Assembly (NCBI GenBank): GCA_031399165.1
Contig: JANNOO010000033.1
Span: forward strand, 5,830-69,829
DNA: 64,000 nucleotides
DNA from: Alphaproteobacteria bacterium
GTDB lineage: Bacteria; Pseudomonadota; Alphaproteobacteria; Caulobacterales; Aquidulcibacteraceae
Direction: 5' to 3'
The position numbers and the translations under genes are program-made. Below, one piece after another: positions 17,241 to 26,003 of the stretch. The notes below the pieces were generated by a model. That model did not search any database. It was given only the letters and a program-made list of their open reading frames with translations, and had not been told where the DNA came from. The number at the start of each line of letters is the position of its first letter. Position 1 is the first letter of the stretch.

Positions 17241-18056
17241 CTATACGCGCAAAGCCTGATCTGGATCGTTCATCAGCGCATGGACGTGCCGCTCCAGCGG
17301 CCCCCATTTCTTGTAAGTTCGCACATGATCCTGCGCGCCAGCCCAAGCGGCCGCGAACGCGGCGCGCGCGCCGTCAACTGCGAAGGCCGCCGCCAGCGGA
17401 TCGATCGATATCCTGATCGTGAAGACTATAGCGCCGGTTTTGGGAAGTTTGCGGATCGTCTGGCGCTCCACCCGCAGATGCAGAAGGCCGGCCGCCTCAA
17501 GGACCGGCGTGGCGTTGGCGCGGGCGATCAGAGGCGCCTGGCTGGGCGTGAACCGCTCGGGCCCCGCCTGCACCGTCCAGTTAAACCGCTCCATGACGAC
17601 GCCGGGCACAACCGCTTCGAACATCCGCACTATGCGGGCCGCCATCCCCTGCGCCCCCGCCGGCCCGAGCCGGTCGGGCACAGGACCGTGCAGATGGCTG
17701 ACGGGGCGGCCGATATTGTCCGCCAGCGACCAGAATGTCGGCGCACAAAGCACCGCGGCGCTCAGCAGCCAATCCTCACCGCGCTTCTCCATGATGCAAA
17801 AGTCGTCCGACACGAGCGACGCACCTGTGGGTAAATCTTGCGCGCCGACGAGCGCCGCGAGTTCGGCTTGGGCTAGCGCCGACCCTTCGGTCTCCGCGAA
17901 CACTTTTTCGCGATGGCGCGCCAGCAGCGCGCGCTTTTCCGGCAGCGCGGCTGTTTCCGTGTCAGGCGCGAGCCAAGCCTCGGGCGAGATTGGCTTCAAT
18001 CCCACGGTGAAATCCGGAGGCCCAGCCATAAACGGTAGATAAGGCGGACGGCGCAT
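17241..18056 (-). CDS. DUF3445 family protein (heme-dependent oxidative N-demethylase family)
   Basis: 271 aa. The overall pattern (...FTVGLKPISPEAWL..., ..LLSAAVLCAPTFWSLADNIGRP..LHGPVP) matches my memory of DUF3445. Confidence 0.65.
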   Translation of the reverse strand: MRRPPYLPFMAGPPDFTVGLKPISPEAWLAPDTETAALPEKRALLARHREKVFAETEGSALAQAELAALVGAQDLPTGASLVSDDFCIMEKRGEDWLLSAAVLCAPTFWSLADNIGRPVSHLHGPVPDRLGPAGAQGMAARIVRMFEAVVPGVVMERFNWTVQAGPERFTPSQAPLIARANATPVLEAAGLLHLRVERQTIRKLPKTGAIVFTIRISIDPLAAAFAVDGARAAFAAAWAGAQDHVRTYKKWGPLERHVHALMNDPDQALRV

Positions 18057-18218
18057 GCTGTTTTCTAGCCGCTCGCAGCCCGGTGGGGCAGAGGCGCTGC
18101 GGAAAAGTCACACAGCGACAGTCACAGCAGCGTCGCATTGCCTGATCGTCATGCTTCGGCTTAAAGTTTCTCCAGAATGTAGGCCTGCGGTCGCGTTGGG
18201 CGTCCGCAATCAGATCGT

Positions 18219-18986
18219 GTGAGGGTCTTTCCGCTAATGCGTCAGATTGTGGTGATCCACTCCCTACGCGCAAAGGAAGACGCGGCCGTTTTCGTAAGAC
18301 GGCTGCAGGCCGAGGGATTCACCGTCCCTTGGAACCCTGAATCCGGCGGGCGGTACGTGAGCGGCGCTGAGAAGCCGGAAGCGGCCCCCTGCACGCTCGT
18401 GCTTTGGACCAAGGATGCGCCGACGTCGCGCTGGGTGCGGGAATACGCGATCGCTGCGCATAAGCGTAACGCACTGGTCGAGGTGCTTATTGAACGGACA
18501 GTGTCGCCGATTGACGCCGCGGTTGAGCCGATCGATTTCTCCGATGTCGCCGACGAGAAAACCGAAGCGCGTCTCATGAAAGAATTGATCGTCCGCGTTG
18601 AAGCCAAAACGGGCGAACCCAACGGACGTCTGCCGATGCGCAAGGAAGTTCGTCCGTTCGCGGCGCTCGGCGGGTTTGGTTTTATCATTACCTGCACGAT
18701 CGCAACGATGCCCGGCCTGCAGCCCAGCTCCGAAGGGCTGATCACGCCGCAGAACACGGCGCAGGCGCCAATCGGCGAGATGGCCCTTGCTCAGGGCGGG
18801 CCGGTTGTCAGCCCCTCCGAACTGGCGCCCGCGGAAATGGCGCCTGTGACGGTAAAATACCGGCCAACGCGCCTGGGTGTTGAAGCGGTGATCCGCGTTC
18901 GCGTCGTAGCCGACCCCTCAATCGTCAGCGAAGATGACGCCGTGGTCTACCGGCTGGTCGATGTTCCTGAACTGACCGTCAGCTAA
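18219..18986 (+). CDS. TIR-like domain membrane protein
   Basis: IVVIHSLRAKEDAAVFVRRLQAEGFTV ... CTLVLWTKDAPTSRWVREYAIAA...ALVEVLIERT follows the bacterial TIR_2 pattern (vlWS..s..S.WV..E). A TM helix (FAALGGFGFIITCTIATM) and a ~90-aa tail follow. The likely start is ATG 18237. Confidence 0.55.
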   Translation: MRVFPLMRQIVVIHSLRAKEDAAVFVRRLQAEGFTVPWNPESGGRYVSGAEKPEAAPCTLVLWTKDAPTSRWVREYAIAAHKRNALVEVLIERTVSPIDAAVEPIDFSDVADEKTEARLMKELIVRVEAKTGEPNGRLPMRKEVRPFAALGGFGFIITCTIATMPGLQPSSEGLITPQNTAQAPIGEMALAQGGPVVSPSELAPAEMAPVTVKYRPTRLGVEAVIRVRVVADPSIVSEDDAVVYRLVDVPELTVS

Positions 18987-19447
18987 TCGCGCGGCTCGCC
19001 GCGGCGTGATCGTAACCAATGCAAGATCGCCCAGGCGTGCGCTTCGTGGCGCATCTTGAGCGCGGCCTCGTGCGGCGCCGCCCAGACCAGGCAATGGTTA
19101 GGCTCGGTAGGCTCGCTATCGGCGGCTGACAGCTCAACCTGATAGAACGCTGCAAGGTTGTTCCGCGGCTCGCCTTTCGGCGTCCAGTACTGACCCGCGC
19201 GGCCGATCATGCGGTCGGGCCAAACCGTCAGGCCAGTCTCCTCGGTGAATTCGCGCATCAGCGCGCCGGCTTCATCTTCGTCGCGCTCTACCCCGCCGCC
19301 TGGAAGATCGTACTCAAACGGAGCCGCCGCGCCGATCCTCACGATCGCGATCTGGTCGGCGCGGGCGCATATGCCATGCACCACCTGCCGCTCAATATAG
19401 GTAAGGCCGGACTGGGTCTGCCCGAACTGCAAAGCATAGCGTGTCAA
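18983..19447 (-). CDS. NUDIX hydrolase
   Basis: Nudix box GGGVERDEDEAGALMREFTEETG; 154 aa. Confidence 0.8.
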   Translation of the reverse strand: MTRYALQFGQTQSGLTYIERQVVHGICARADQIAIVRIGAAAPFEYDLPGGGVERDEDEAGALMREFTEETGLTVWPDRMIGRAGQYWTPKGEPRNNLAAFYQVELSAADSEPTEPNHCLVWAAPHEAALKMRHEAHAWAILHWLRSRRGEPRD

Positions 19448-19498
19448 AAATCACCCGATGATCGGCGAGCGGCTTATCCGGCGAGGGTGGCCACCCGG

Positions 19499-19831
19499 TC
19501 AATACACCGCCAGCGCCGCCAGCGCTTTTTCCAGCGCCGCCGCCACGCTTTGCGACGCCGCCGCGCCGCCGGTTCGCTCGGCAGACTCGCACACATCCGC
19601 CAGCGCAACCAAGCCAATGCCGCGCGCCGAGCCTTTCAGTTTATGCACCGCATCTGCCCAACCAGGCGCGCCAGGCGCGGCGAGCGCGGCGCGCCATTCA
19701 TCGGCCTGGCCGCGAAACAAGCCTGCCACTTCGCTTTGCAGCGCTGTATCGCCTGCGGTCATCATGTCGAAATGAGCGCGATCAAGCGCAGGAAGGATGG
19801 CGGCTTCAAGCATGCCGCTCAAACTGGACAA
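19499..19831 (-). CDS. Hpt (histidine phosphotransfer) domain protein
   Basis: 110 aa with the HKLKGSARGIG phospho-His motif. Confidence 0.75.
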   Translation of the reverse strand: MSSLSGMLEAAILPALDRAHFDMMTAGDTALQSEVAGLFRGQADEWRAALAAPGAPGWADAVHKLKGSARGIGLVALADVCESAERTGGAAASQSVAAALEKALAALAVY

Positions 19832-19880
19832 TATGCTTTAAGAGCGGCTTAAGACGGCTTCTCTGACCCTCAGCGCTTCG

Positions 19881-21995
19881 CTATTTCCGAACAAACAGCC
19901 GGGGAAACATGCGCGCCGCCACCGCTGGCGCGGCGAACCACGGATCGCGATCCTTGCGCCGTGCACTTTCGAGATCAGCGCCCTCAAACGCCGCGAGGTC
20001 GCGAAGGTCTGGATGCAGCATCGCCCGATCATCCCGCGCGCCGCGCCGCCAGCCGGACATCAGCATATCTGCGCACCAGCGGCGATGTTCGAGGTCCGCG
20101 GCCGCATCAGGAATCTCATCGGGACCAAGCGTGGGCAAAGCGCCCCTCTCTTTCGCGCCGGCCGGGCGCCAGCCCAAGGACCAGAGCTTGATCACTGCAT
20201 GATCGGCGCTGGTGCGATTGGCGCTGATGTAAACCTCGCTCAATTCGTCCCAGGGGCGCTGGGCTGGCCCATCCGGCGATGGGATAAACGCGCCGCGCTC
20301 CAGCACGCCCTGCGCAACACCAGCGCGCAGCGCGCTCAGCGCGTCGTCGCCGAACGTCTCGGCGAATTCGCTTTCGAGCGCGGCGATGTCATCACCCGCT
20401 ACGCTCGAAGGCCGCGTCATGCGCGAGAGCTTTTGCCCAAGGGTGCGCCCCTTCCGCAACGCGGCGGCGTATGCGTCCGCGTGCTGAAACAAGACGCACG
20501 TATGGATATAGCCTTCATGCAGCCGCCTTGCCGCTTCGTCCGGCCCGCGGTCCACCAGCGCGCCAGCCGATAGCACCTGGCGCGGCTGGGCAAACGGAAT
20601 CACCCGTACGCCACGCGCGCTCTCCAGCGTAATAGCGATCGTTTCTTCCTTGCTTTCGCGCACGATCAGCGGCGGCGCATCGCCTGCCCCGCGCCCGCAC
20701 AGCACCGCCGCGCAGCGGAGCGTCTCCTCGTCCGATGGCCATGACACGAGCGCCGCCGTGAACGGCCCACGCGCGCCAGCGACGTCATTGAGCGGCGCCC
20801 ACGGATTTCTTTGGGCCCGCCAGTCATAGGCGTTGAACGTGATGTCCGCTTTCCAGAACTCGTCCTCGTTCGCTGCTGGATAGGCCGCTTGAAACTCTTG
20901 CCCGGCCGCTTGCGGGTCGCGCGCGAACACCGAAACGCGCGGCGCCTCCAGGCCCAGCGCCCAGCCGAGCCGGAAAAAACGCGCCGTCACCGCCAACGCC
21001 GCCTCGTCCCATCCCACGACCGCCAGATGCAGGCGATTGTGTCCGCGCCGGGCGGCCTCCTCGAACAACAACACGCCGGCAAGCACCTGCCGCGCCGCCA
21101 CCTCGGGCAACGAGAACATGTCAGCGGCGTGCAGCCTTCCCCCTGCCGGCAGATCGCGGCGCAGCGCCTCGCTTTCCAGCCGGACCAGCACATCGCCCGG
21201 CGCGGAGCGCTTGCGCAGATTGAGCGCGGTGGCGGCGACGCCAAGATTTTCCGAATCGCCGGCGCTGATCGCAACGATGCGGTCAGCGGCGCGGACGCCG
21301 GCGCCGGTAAGCACGGCGCGGTCGGTCGGCGATCCGGCGCTGAGCGCGACGCCGTCGGCGGCCAGAGCATCAACTTCCGCAGAGGATACGTTGCGGCGCA
21401 AGAGCACGACGGCCTTACGCCGTGGCCGGTTGGGCCGGGCGATGTCGCGCGCCAGCGCTTCTGCCTCAACGCCCTCGCCGGTTACGATAACGTGGCCTGC
21501 GCCAATGGCGCGCAAGGCGTGCGCTACAGCGCCGAGCAATTGCGTCCAGAAACCAAAAGCCAGCGTCATAATCGCCAACAACGCAAAGGCAGTCTGCGCG
21601 ACCACAAAACGAATATCGGGATCGTTGAAGTCGCAAAGTTTGCCGCTGCGAATCCGGCAGATGCTGTCGGACACCACAGTGACCAGATATTCGGGCGAGC
21701 CTGGCGCCATCTGCGCGGCGGCGCGCTCGGCGCCCGGCTGGTCGAGCCGCTGGCGCATTTCGTCATAGGCCGCACTGGCGCCCAGCCCGAGCCAGAGCAA
21801 CCCTACCGCCGCGCCCATCAGCAGACGGACAGGCGCCGCGCGCTGGTGCGCAAGCCGCAGGGTGCGCACCGAGACCGCATTGGAAAGAAACCGTCTGATG
21901 GCGTTGATCGGGCCAGGCCGGGCGCGCGTGCGCCGCCAGCGCCGCCCCTCCTCGGCAGGACTTTTCGGGCCGTCCGGGCCGTTCTGGCGCGCCAT
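19881..21995 (-). CDS. membrane protein: 2 TM + tandem TrkA-N/RCK-like Rossmann domains + C-terminal RyR-type domain
   Basis: TM helices near LLMGAAVGLLWLGLGA and FALLAIMTLAFGFW. Rossmann-like stretches are HVIVTGEGVEAEALA and LHLAVVGWDEAAL. The C-terminus has WDELSEVYISANRTSADHAVIKL and EHRRWCADMLMSGWRRG..D...LHPDL....F......RKDRD, as in bacterial RyR-domain proteins. Confidence 0.65.
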   Translation of the reverse strand: MARQNGPDGPKSPAEEGRRWRRTRARPGPINAIRRFLSNAVSVRTLRLAHQRAAPVRLLMGAAVGLLWLGLGASAAYDEMRQRLDQPGAERAAAQMAPGSPEYLVTVVSDSICRIRSGKLCDFNDPDIRFVVAQTAFALLAIMTLAFGFWTQLLGAVAHALRAIGAGHVIVTGEGVEAEALARDIARPNRPRRKAVVLLRRNVSSAEVDALAADGVALSAGSPTDRAVLTGAGVRAADRIVAISAGDSENLGVAATALNLRKRSAPGDVLVRLESEALRRDLPAGGRLHAADMFSLPEVAARQVLAGVLLFEEAARRGHNRLHLAVVGWDEAALAVTARFFRLGWALGLEAPRVSVFARDPQAAGQEFQAAYPAANEDEFWKADITFNAYDWRAQRNPWAPLNDVAGARGPFTAALVSWPSDEETLRCAAVLCGRGAGDAPPLIVRESKEETIAITLESARGVRVIPFAQPRQVLSAGALVDRGPDEAARRLHEGYIHTCVLFQHADAYAAALRKGRTLGQKLSRMTRPSSVAGDDIAALESEFAETFGDDALSALRAGVAQGVLERGAFIPSPDGPAQRPWDELSEVYISANRTSADHAVIKLWSLGWRPAGAKERGALPTLGPDEIPDAAADLEHRRWCADMLMSGWRRGARDDRAMLHPDLRDLAAFEGADLESARRKDRDPWFAAPAVAARMFPRLFVRK

Positions 21996-22153
21996 TTCTC
22001 ACCCCCTTCCACAGCAAACGGCCCCCTTGAGGCGCGGTCAAGGCCGCCCCGCCGTTGGCGCGAGCGCCGGCTCGGACAACCGGGCCGATTGGGTTGCTTT
22101 CAGCGGCGGGTCGTTTAAACGTCCGCGGCTTCGCGCCGAGGCGATTCGGCGGC

Positions 22154-22229
<76 letters not shown>

Positions 22230-22294
22230 CACCCCTTTATCCGCTCGATATTGGTTCGTGGGTGTTGGAATGGCGCTCGTGCTGCTGCGCCGGT

Positions 22295-24211
22295 TCAGCC
22301 CGCGGCGGCGAATTGCAGGCGCGCCAGGCGCGCGTAGAGCCCACCGCGCGCGGAGAGTTCTTCGTGACGGCCCTGCTCCACCACGCGGCCGCCATCCATC
22401 ACAACGATACGGTCGGCGCGCAAAACCGTCGCCAGGCGATGAGCGATCACCAACGTCGTGCGCCCGGTGCGGGCGGTTTCGATCGCGCGCTGCACGAGAC
22501 GCTCGTTCTCAGCGTCCAGCGCGCTGGTGGCTTCATCGAGCAACAGCACTGGCGCGCCGCGGACCAGCGCGCGGGCCAATGCCAGGCGCTGGCGCTCGCC
22601 GCCTGAAAGCAGCTTGGCCCGGGGGCCCAGCGCCGCGCCGTAGCCTTCGCTCCGCGCCAGAATGAAAGGTTCGGCCTCCGTGGCGCGGGCGGCGGCGGCG
22701 ATTTCCTCCTGATCGGCTTCACTCCTGCCATAGCGGATATTTTCCGCTGCGGAGCCGGAGAACAGCGCCGCGTCCTGCGCCACATAGGCAAAACGTGAGC
22801 GCCACGCGCCGGGATCGGCCAGACGCGCATCGACACCGTCAAGTTTCACGGCGCCGGAATCGGGATCGTAAAACCGCAGCAGCAGGCGAAAGATCGTGCT
22901 TTTACCGGCGCCCGACGGGCCGACCAGCGCCACCGTTTCGCCCGGCGCCACGCGCAGCGAAAATTCGTTCAGCGAAGAGCGCCCTTCGGCGCCCGGATAA
23001 GCAAAGCTGACGCGATCAATTTCGACCAGCCCGCGCGCAGGTTGCGGCAGCGTCACCGGCGAAGCGGGCGCAGCGATCGCCGGCTCTTGCCGCAGCAGAT
23101 CCATCAGCCGCTCCGTCGCGCCGGCGGCCTTCTGCACGTCGCCCCAGGTTTCGGCCAGCGAGGCCAACGCCGAAGCCGTCAGCACCGCGAGCAACACGAA
23201 TTGCGTCAGCGCGCCGGCCGTCATCTGCCCGTCGAGCACGTTGCGCGCGCCAAGCCACAAAACGCCGGCGACGCCGCAAAACACCAGGGTCATCACGGCC
23301 GCCGTCATCAGCGCACGCGCGCCGATACGCTGCACGGACGCGGAAAACGCCCCTTCCAGCGCGCCGCGATAACGCGACCGTTCGCGCTGCTCCTGGCCGA
23401 AGGCCTGAACCGTTTCCAGCGCATCAAGCGCCTCGGCGGCGGCGGACGAAGCGTCCGCCAACCGATCCTGGCTGAGCACCGACAGTTCACGCACCCGCCG
23501 GCCAAGCGCGAACAGCGGCACAAGCAGCGCCGGGATCAGCAGCAAAAGCAGGGCGGCCAGCTTCCAACTCGTCACGAACATCAAAGCAAGGCCGGCAGAC
23601 CCGGTAATCAGATTACGCAAAGCGAACGAAGCGGACGAACCAACCAGCGTTTCGACGACCTGCGCATCCGTGGTGAGGCGCGACAACGCCTCCCCCGTGC
23701 CCATGCGCGTAAAAAAGGAGGGCGAAAGGCCGACGAGGCGGTCATACACATCGCTGCGCAGATCGGCGACAACGCGCTCGCCGATACGGGTGACGAAGTA
23801 AAACCGCGCCGCCGAAAACGCCGCCAGCAGCACGGCCGCGCCCATCAGCATCGCGAAATAGCGGCCCAGCGCGCCGTCCGGTCCGCCATGCAGGCCGAAA
23901 TCGACCAGGTTTCGCGCCGCCAACGGCAGGGCGAGCGTTGCGGCGGAGGCGAGCAGCAGAAAGAGCAGCGCCAGCGCAAGCCACGTCTTGCGGCGGATCA
24001 AGTACGGCCACAGGGCCGCCAGCGCGCTGACATCGCGCGAACGCTTGCGCCGTTCAGCTTCGTGGCCGACGGCCGCGGCATGGACGGCGCCCCGGCTCGG
24101 CCGGCCTTCGGTTTCTGTTGTGTGCTGCGAGCCCGGCATGGGGGGTGCTACCACGGCCAGACACTGCCGCGCCATTGGCGGTTTCGCCCCACATGCGGCG
24201 GAGGCTCGCAC
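22295..24211 (-). CDS. ABC exporter, fused permease/ATPase (MsbA/ABCB-like)
   Basis: Six-TM N-terminal half, Walker A GPSGAGKST, signature LSGGERQR, Walker B LLLDEATSALD. The true start may be an internal ATG (24175 or 24139). Confidence 0.9.
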   Translation of the reverse strand: MRASAACGAKPPMARQCLAVVAPPMPGSQHTTETEGRPSRGAVHAAAVGHEAERRKRSRDVSALAALWPYLIRRKTWLALALLFLLLASAATLALPLAARNLVDFGLHGGPDGALGRYFAMLMGAAVLLAAFSAARFYFVTRIGERVVADLRSDVYDRLVGLSPSFFTRMGTGEALSRLTTDAQVVETLVGSSASFALRNLITGSAGLALMFVTSWKLAALLLLLIPALLVPLFALGRRVRELSVLSQDRLADASSAAAEALDALETVQAFGQEQRERSRYRGALEGAFSASVQRIGARALMTAAVMTLVFCGVAGVLWLGARNVLDGQMTAGALTQFVLLAVLTASALASLAETWGDVQKAAGATERLMDLLRQEPAIAAPASPVTLPQPARGLVEIDRVSFAYPGAEGRSSLNEFSLRVAPGETVALVGPSGAGKSTIFRLLLRFYDPDSGAVKLDGVDARLADPGAWRSRFAYVAQDAALFSGSAAENIRYGRSEADQEEIAAAARATEAEPFILARSEGYGAALGPRAKLLSGGERQRLALARALVRGAPVLLLDEATSALDAENERLVQRAIETARTGRTTLVIAHRLATVLRADRIVVMDGGRVVEQGRHEELSARGGLYARLARLQFAAAG

Positions 24212-24258
24212 CGCCCCGCCGCCCGGCTATGTTGAGACGAGGGAGGGATGGCAAGGCG

Positions 24259-24948
24259 ATGTTTCTGAGCGCAGCGGAACTCCAGGCGCTGACGACCAGC
24301 CTGATCGTATCGCTGCGCGCTATCCTATTTGCGCTGCCGCTGGCGATCGGCGTGGCCTGGCTGCTGGCACGCACGCAATGGCGCGGCAAAGTCGTGCTCG
24401 ACGCGCTGGTTCTGGCGCCGCTCGTGCTGCCGCCGGTGGTGGTAGGCTATCTGCTGCTGCTGCTGTTCGGGGTTCGCGGCCCGATCGGTTCACTGCTCAA
24501 CGAATGGTTCGGCATGCGCCTGGCTTTCACCTCAGCGGGCGCCTCGCTCGCGGTAGGCGTGATGGCCTTTCCGCTGATGGTGCGGGCCGTACGCTTGTCT
24601 CTGGAGGCGATGGATTCCGGGCTGGACGAGGCGGCGGCGAGCCTGGGCGCCACGCGGCTCGACCGCCTGTTCAATATCCAGCTGCCACTGGCCGCCCCCG
24701 GAATCATAGCGGCAGCGATTATCGGCTTTGCCGCCGGGTTGGGCGAGTTCGGCGCCGTGATCACGTTCGTGTCCAACGTGCCGGGCGAAACTCAGACCCT
24801 GCCGCTTGCGATCTACAGCGCGCTGCAGGAACCGGGCGGCGACGTCAAGGCCGCGCGCCTGGCCGTGCTCTCGCTCACGCTGGCGCTGATCGGGCTGGTG
24901 CTGGCTGAATCAATCGCCCAGGCCGGGCCATCGACGCGGCGGCGATGA
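24259..24948 (+). CDS. modB: molybdate ABC transporter permease
   Basis: ATG at 24259 (MFLSAAELQALTTSL...) within ORF 24118..24948. It has the CysT/ModB-type EAA loop (LDEAAASLGATRLDRLFNIQLPLAAPG) and a 4-nt overlap with modC. Confidence 0.85.
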   Translation: MFLSAAELQALTTSLIVSLRAILFALPLAIGVAWLLARTQWRGKVVLDALVLAPLVLPPVVVGYLLLLLFGVRGPIGSLLNEWFGMRLAFTSAGASLAVGVMAFPLMVRAVRLSLEAMDSGLDEAAASLGATRLDRLFNIQLPLAAPGIIAAAIIGFAAGLGEFGAVITFVSNVPGETQTLPLAIYSALQEPGGDVKAARLAVLSLTLALIGLVLAESIAQAGPSTRRR

Positions 24949-26003
24949 TCGAATTTTCTTTCATCGCCCGGGCGGGCGCGTTCGAGCTGGCGGCGGCGGG
25001 AGGGGCGCGCACGCCGGGCGTCATCGGCGTATTCGGCCCATCCGGCGCGGGGAAGACAACCTTCCTGCGCGCCATAGCGGGGCTCGCGCCCCTGACCAGC
25101 GGTGCGATCAAAATCAACGGCGCCGCGCTGACGGGCAGGCCCGAGCAACGCCGGATCGCCTATGTGTTTCAGGACAACCGGCTGTTTCCGCACCTCAGCG
25201 TGCGGGAAAATCTCCTGTTCGGGCTCAAGCGCGCGCCCCTTCCGCATCGCTTGCGCCTCGACGACGCCGTCGCCGCGCTGGGCCTTGCGCCGCTGATGGC
25301 GCGCTCGACGCGCTTTCTTTCCGGCGGCGAACAGAAACGAGTAGCACTTGGCCGGGCGCTGCTTTCACAGCCGCGCCTCGTGCTGATGGACGAGCCGCTC
25401 GCCGGTATCGACGCCGCGCGCAAGACTGAAACGATCGAACTCATCCGCAATGTCCGCGCACGATTCGATGCGACGATCGTGTTCGTTACGCATGACATTG
25501 ACGACATCGCCGCGCTGGCAGACGACCTCATCCTGATGGACCAGGGCGAGGTCACCGCGTGCGGCGACGCACGACAAGTGTTTGCCGATCCGGCGAACGC
25601 GCTCAGCGAACGAGAAGATGCGCGCGCCTTGGTAGACGCCGTGGTGGAGCGCGTTGACGCCGCGCAGGGCATAACCGTCCTCGCCGTCGGCGTCGCCAAG
25701 CTGACGATGCCATGGTCGTCGCACCCGCCCGGCGCGCGCGTGCGCACGCAGATTTTCGCGCGCGACGTGACATTGGCGGCGAAACTGCCCGAAGCCATAT
25801 CGGCGCAGAATGTTTTGCCGGCAAAGGTTTTCTCTTTGCGTCAGCGGGCCGACCGCCTGGCGCTGGTGGCGCTCGACACGCCGGCGGGCGCCATCCTTTC
25901 GACGATTACGCAGCAATCGGCGATGCGGCTGGCGCTGGCGCCGGGCGTGGATGTGTTTGCGCTGGTGAAAGCGACCTCGTTTTCACCGCGCGGCCATTCA
26001 TAG
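24945..26003 (+). CDS. modC: molybdate ABC transporter ATP-binding protein with C-terminal TOBE/Mop domain
   Basis: GPSGAGKTT, LSGGEQKRVALGRAL, LVLMDEPL and a C-terminal TOBE-like segment (..VRTQIFARDVTLA...VFALVKATS). Confidence 0.85.
   Translation: MIEFSFIARAGAFELAAAGGARTPGVIGVFGPSGAGKTTFLRAIAGLAPLTSGAIKINGAALTGRPEQRRIAYVFQDNRLFPHLSVRENLLFGLKRAPLPHRLRLDDAVAALGLAPLMARSTRFLSGGEQKRVALGRALLSQPRLVLMDEPLAGIDAARKTETIELIRNVRARFDATIVFVTHDIDDIAALADDLILMDQGEVTACGDARQVFADPANALSEREDARALVDAVVERVDAAQGITVLAVGVAKLTMPWSSHPPGARVRTQIFARDVTLAAKLPEAISAQNVLPAKVFSLRQRADRLALVALDTPAGAILSTITQQSAMRLALAPGVDVFALVKATSFSPRGHS

Noticed and set aside
18107-18132. A direct repeat GTCACACAGCGACA / GTCACAGCAGCG upstream of the TIR-like gene.
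   Set aside because: It is short and imperfect, with no symmetry or second copy elsewhere in the window. There is not enough evidence to call it a binding site.
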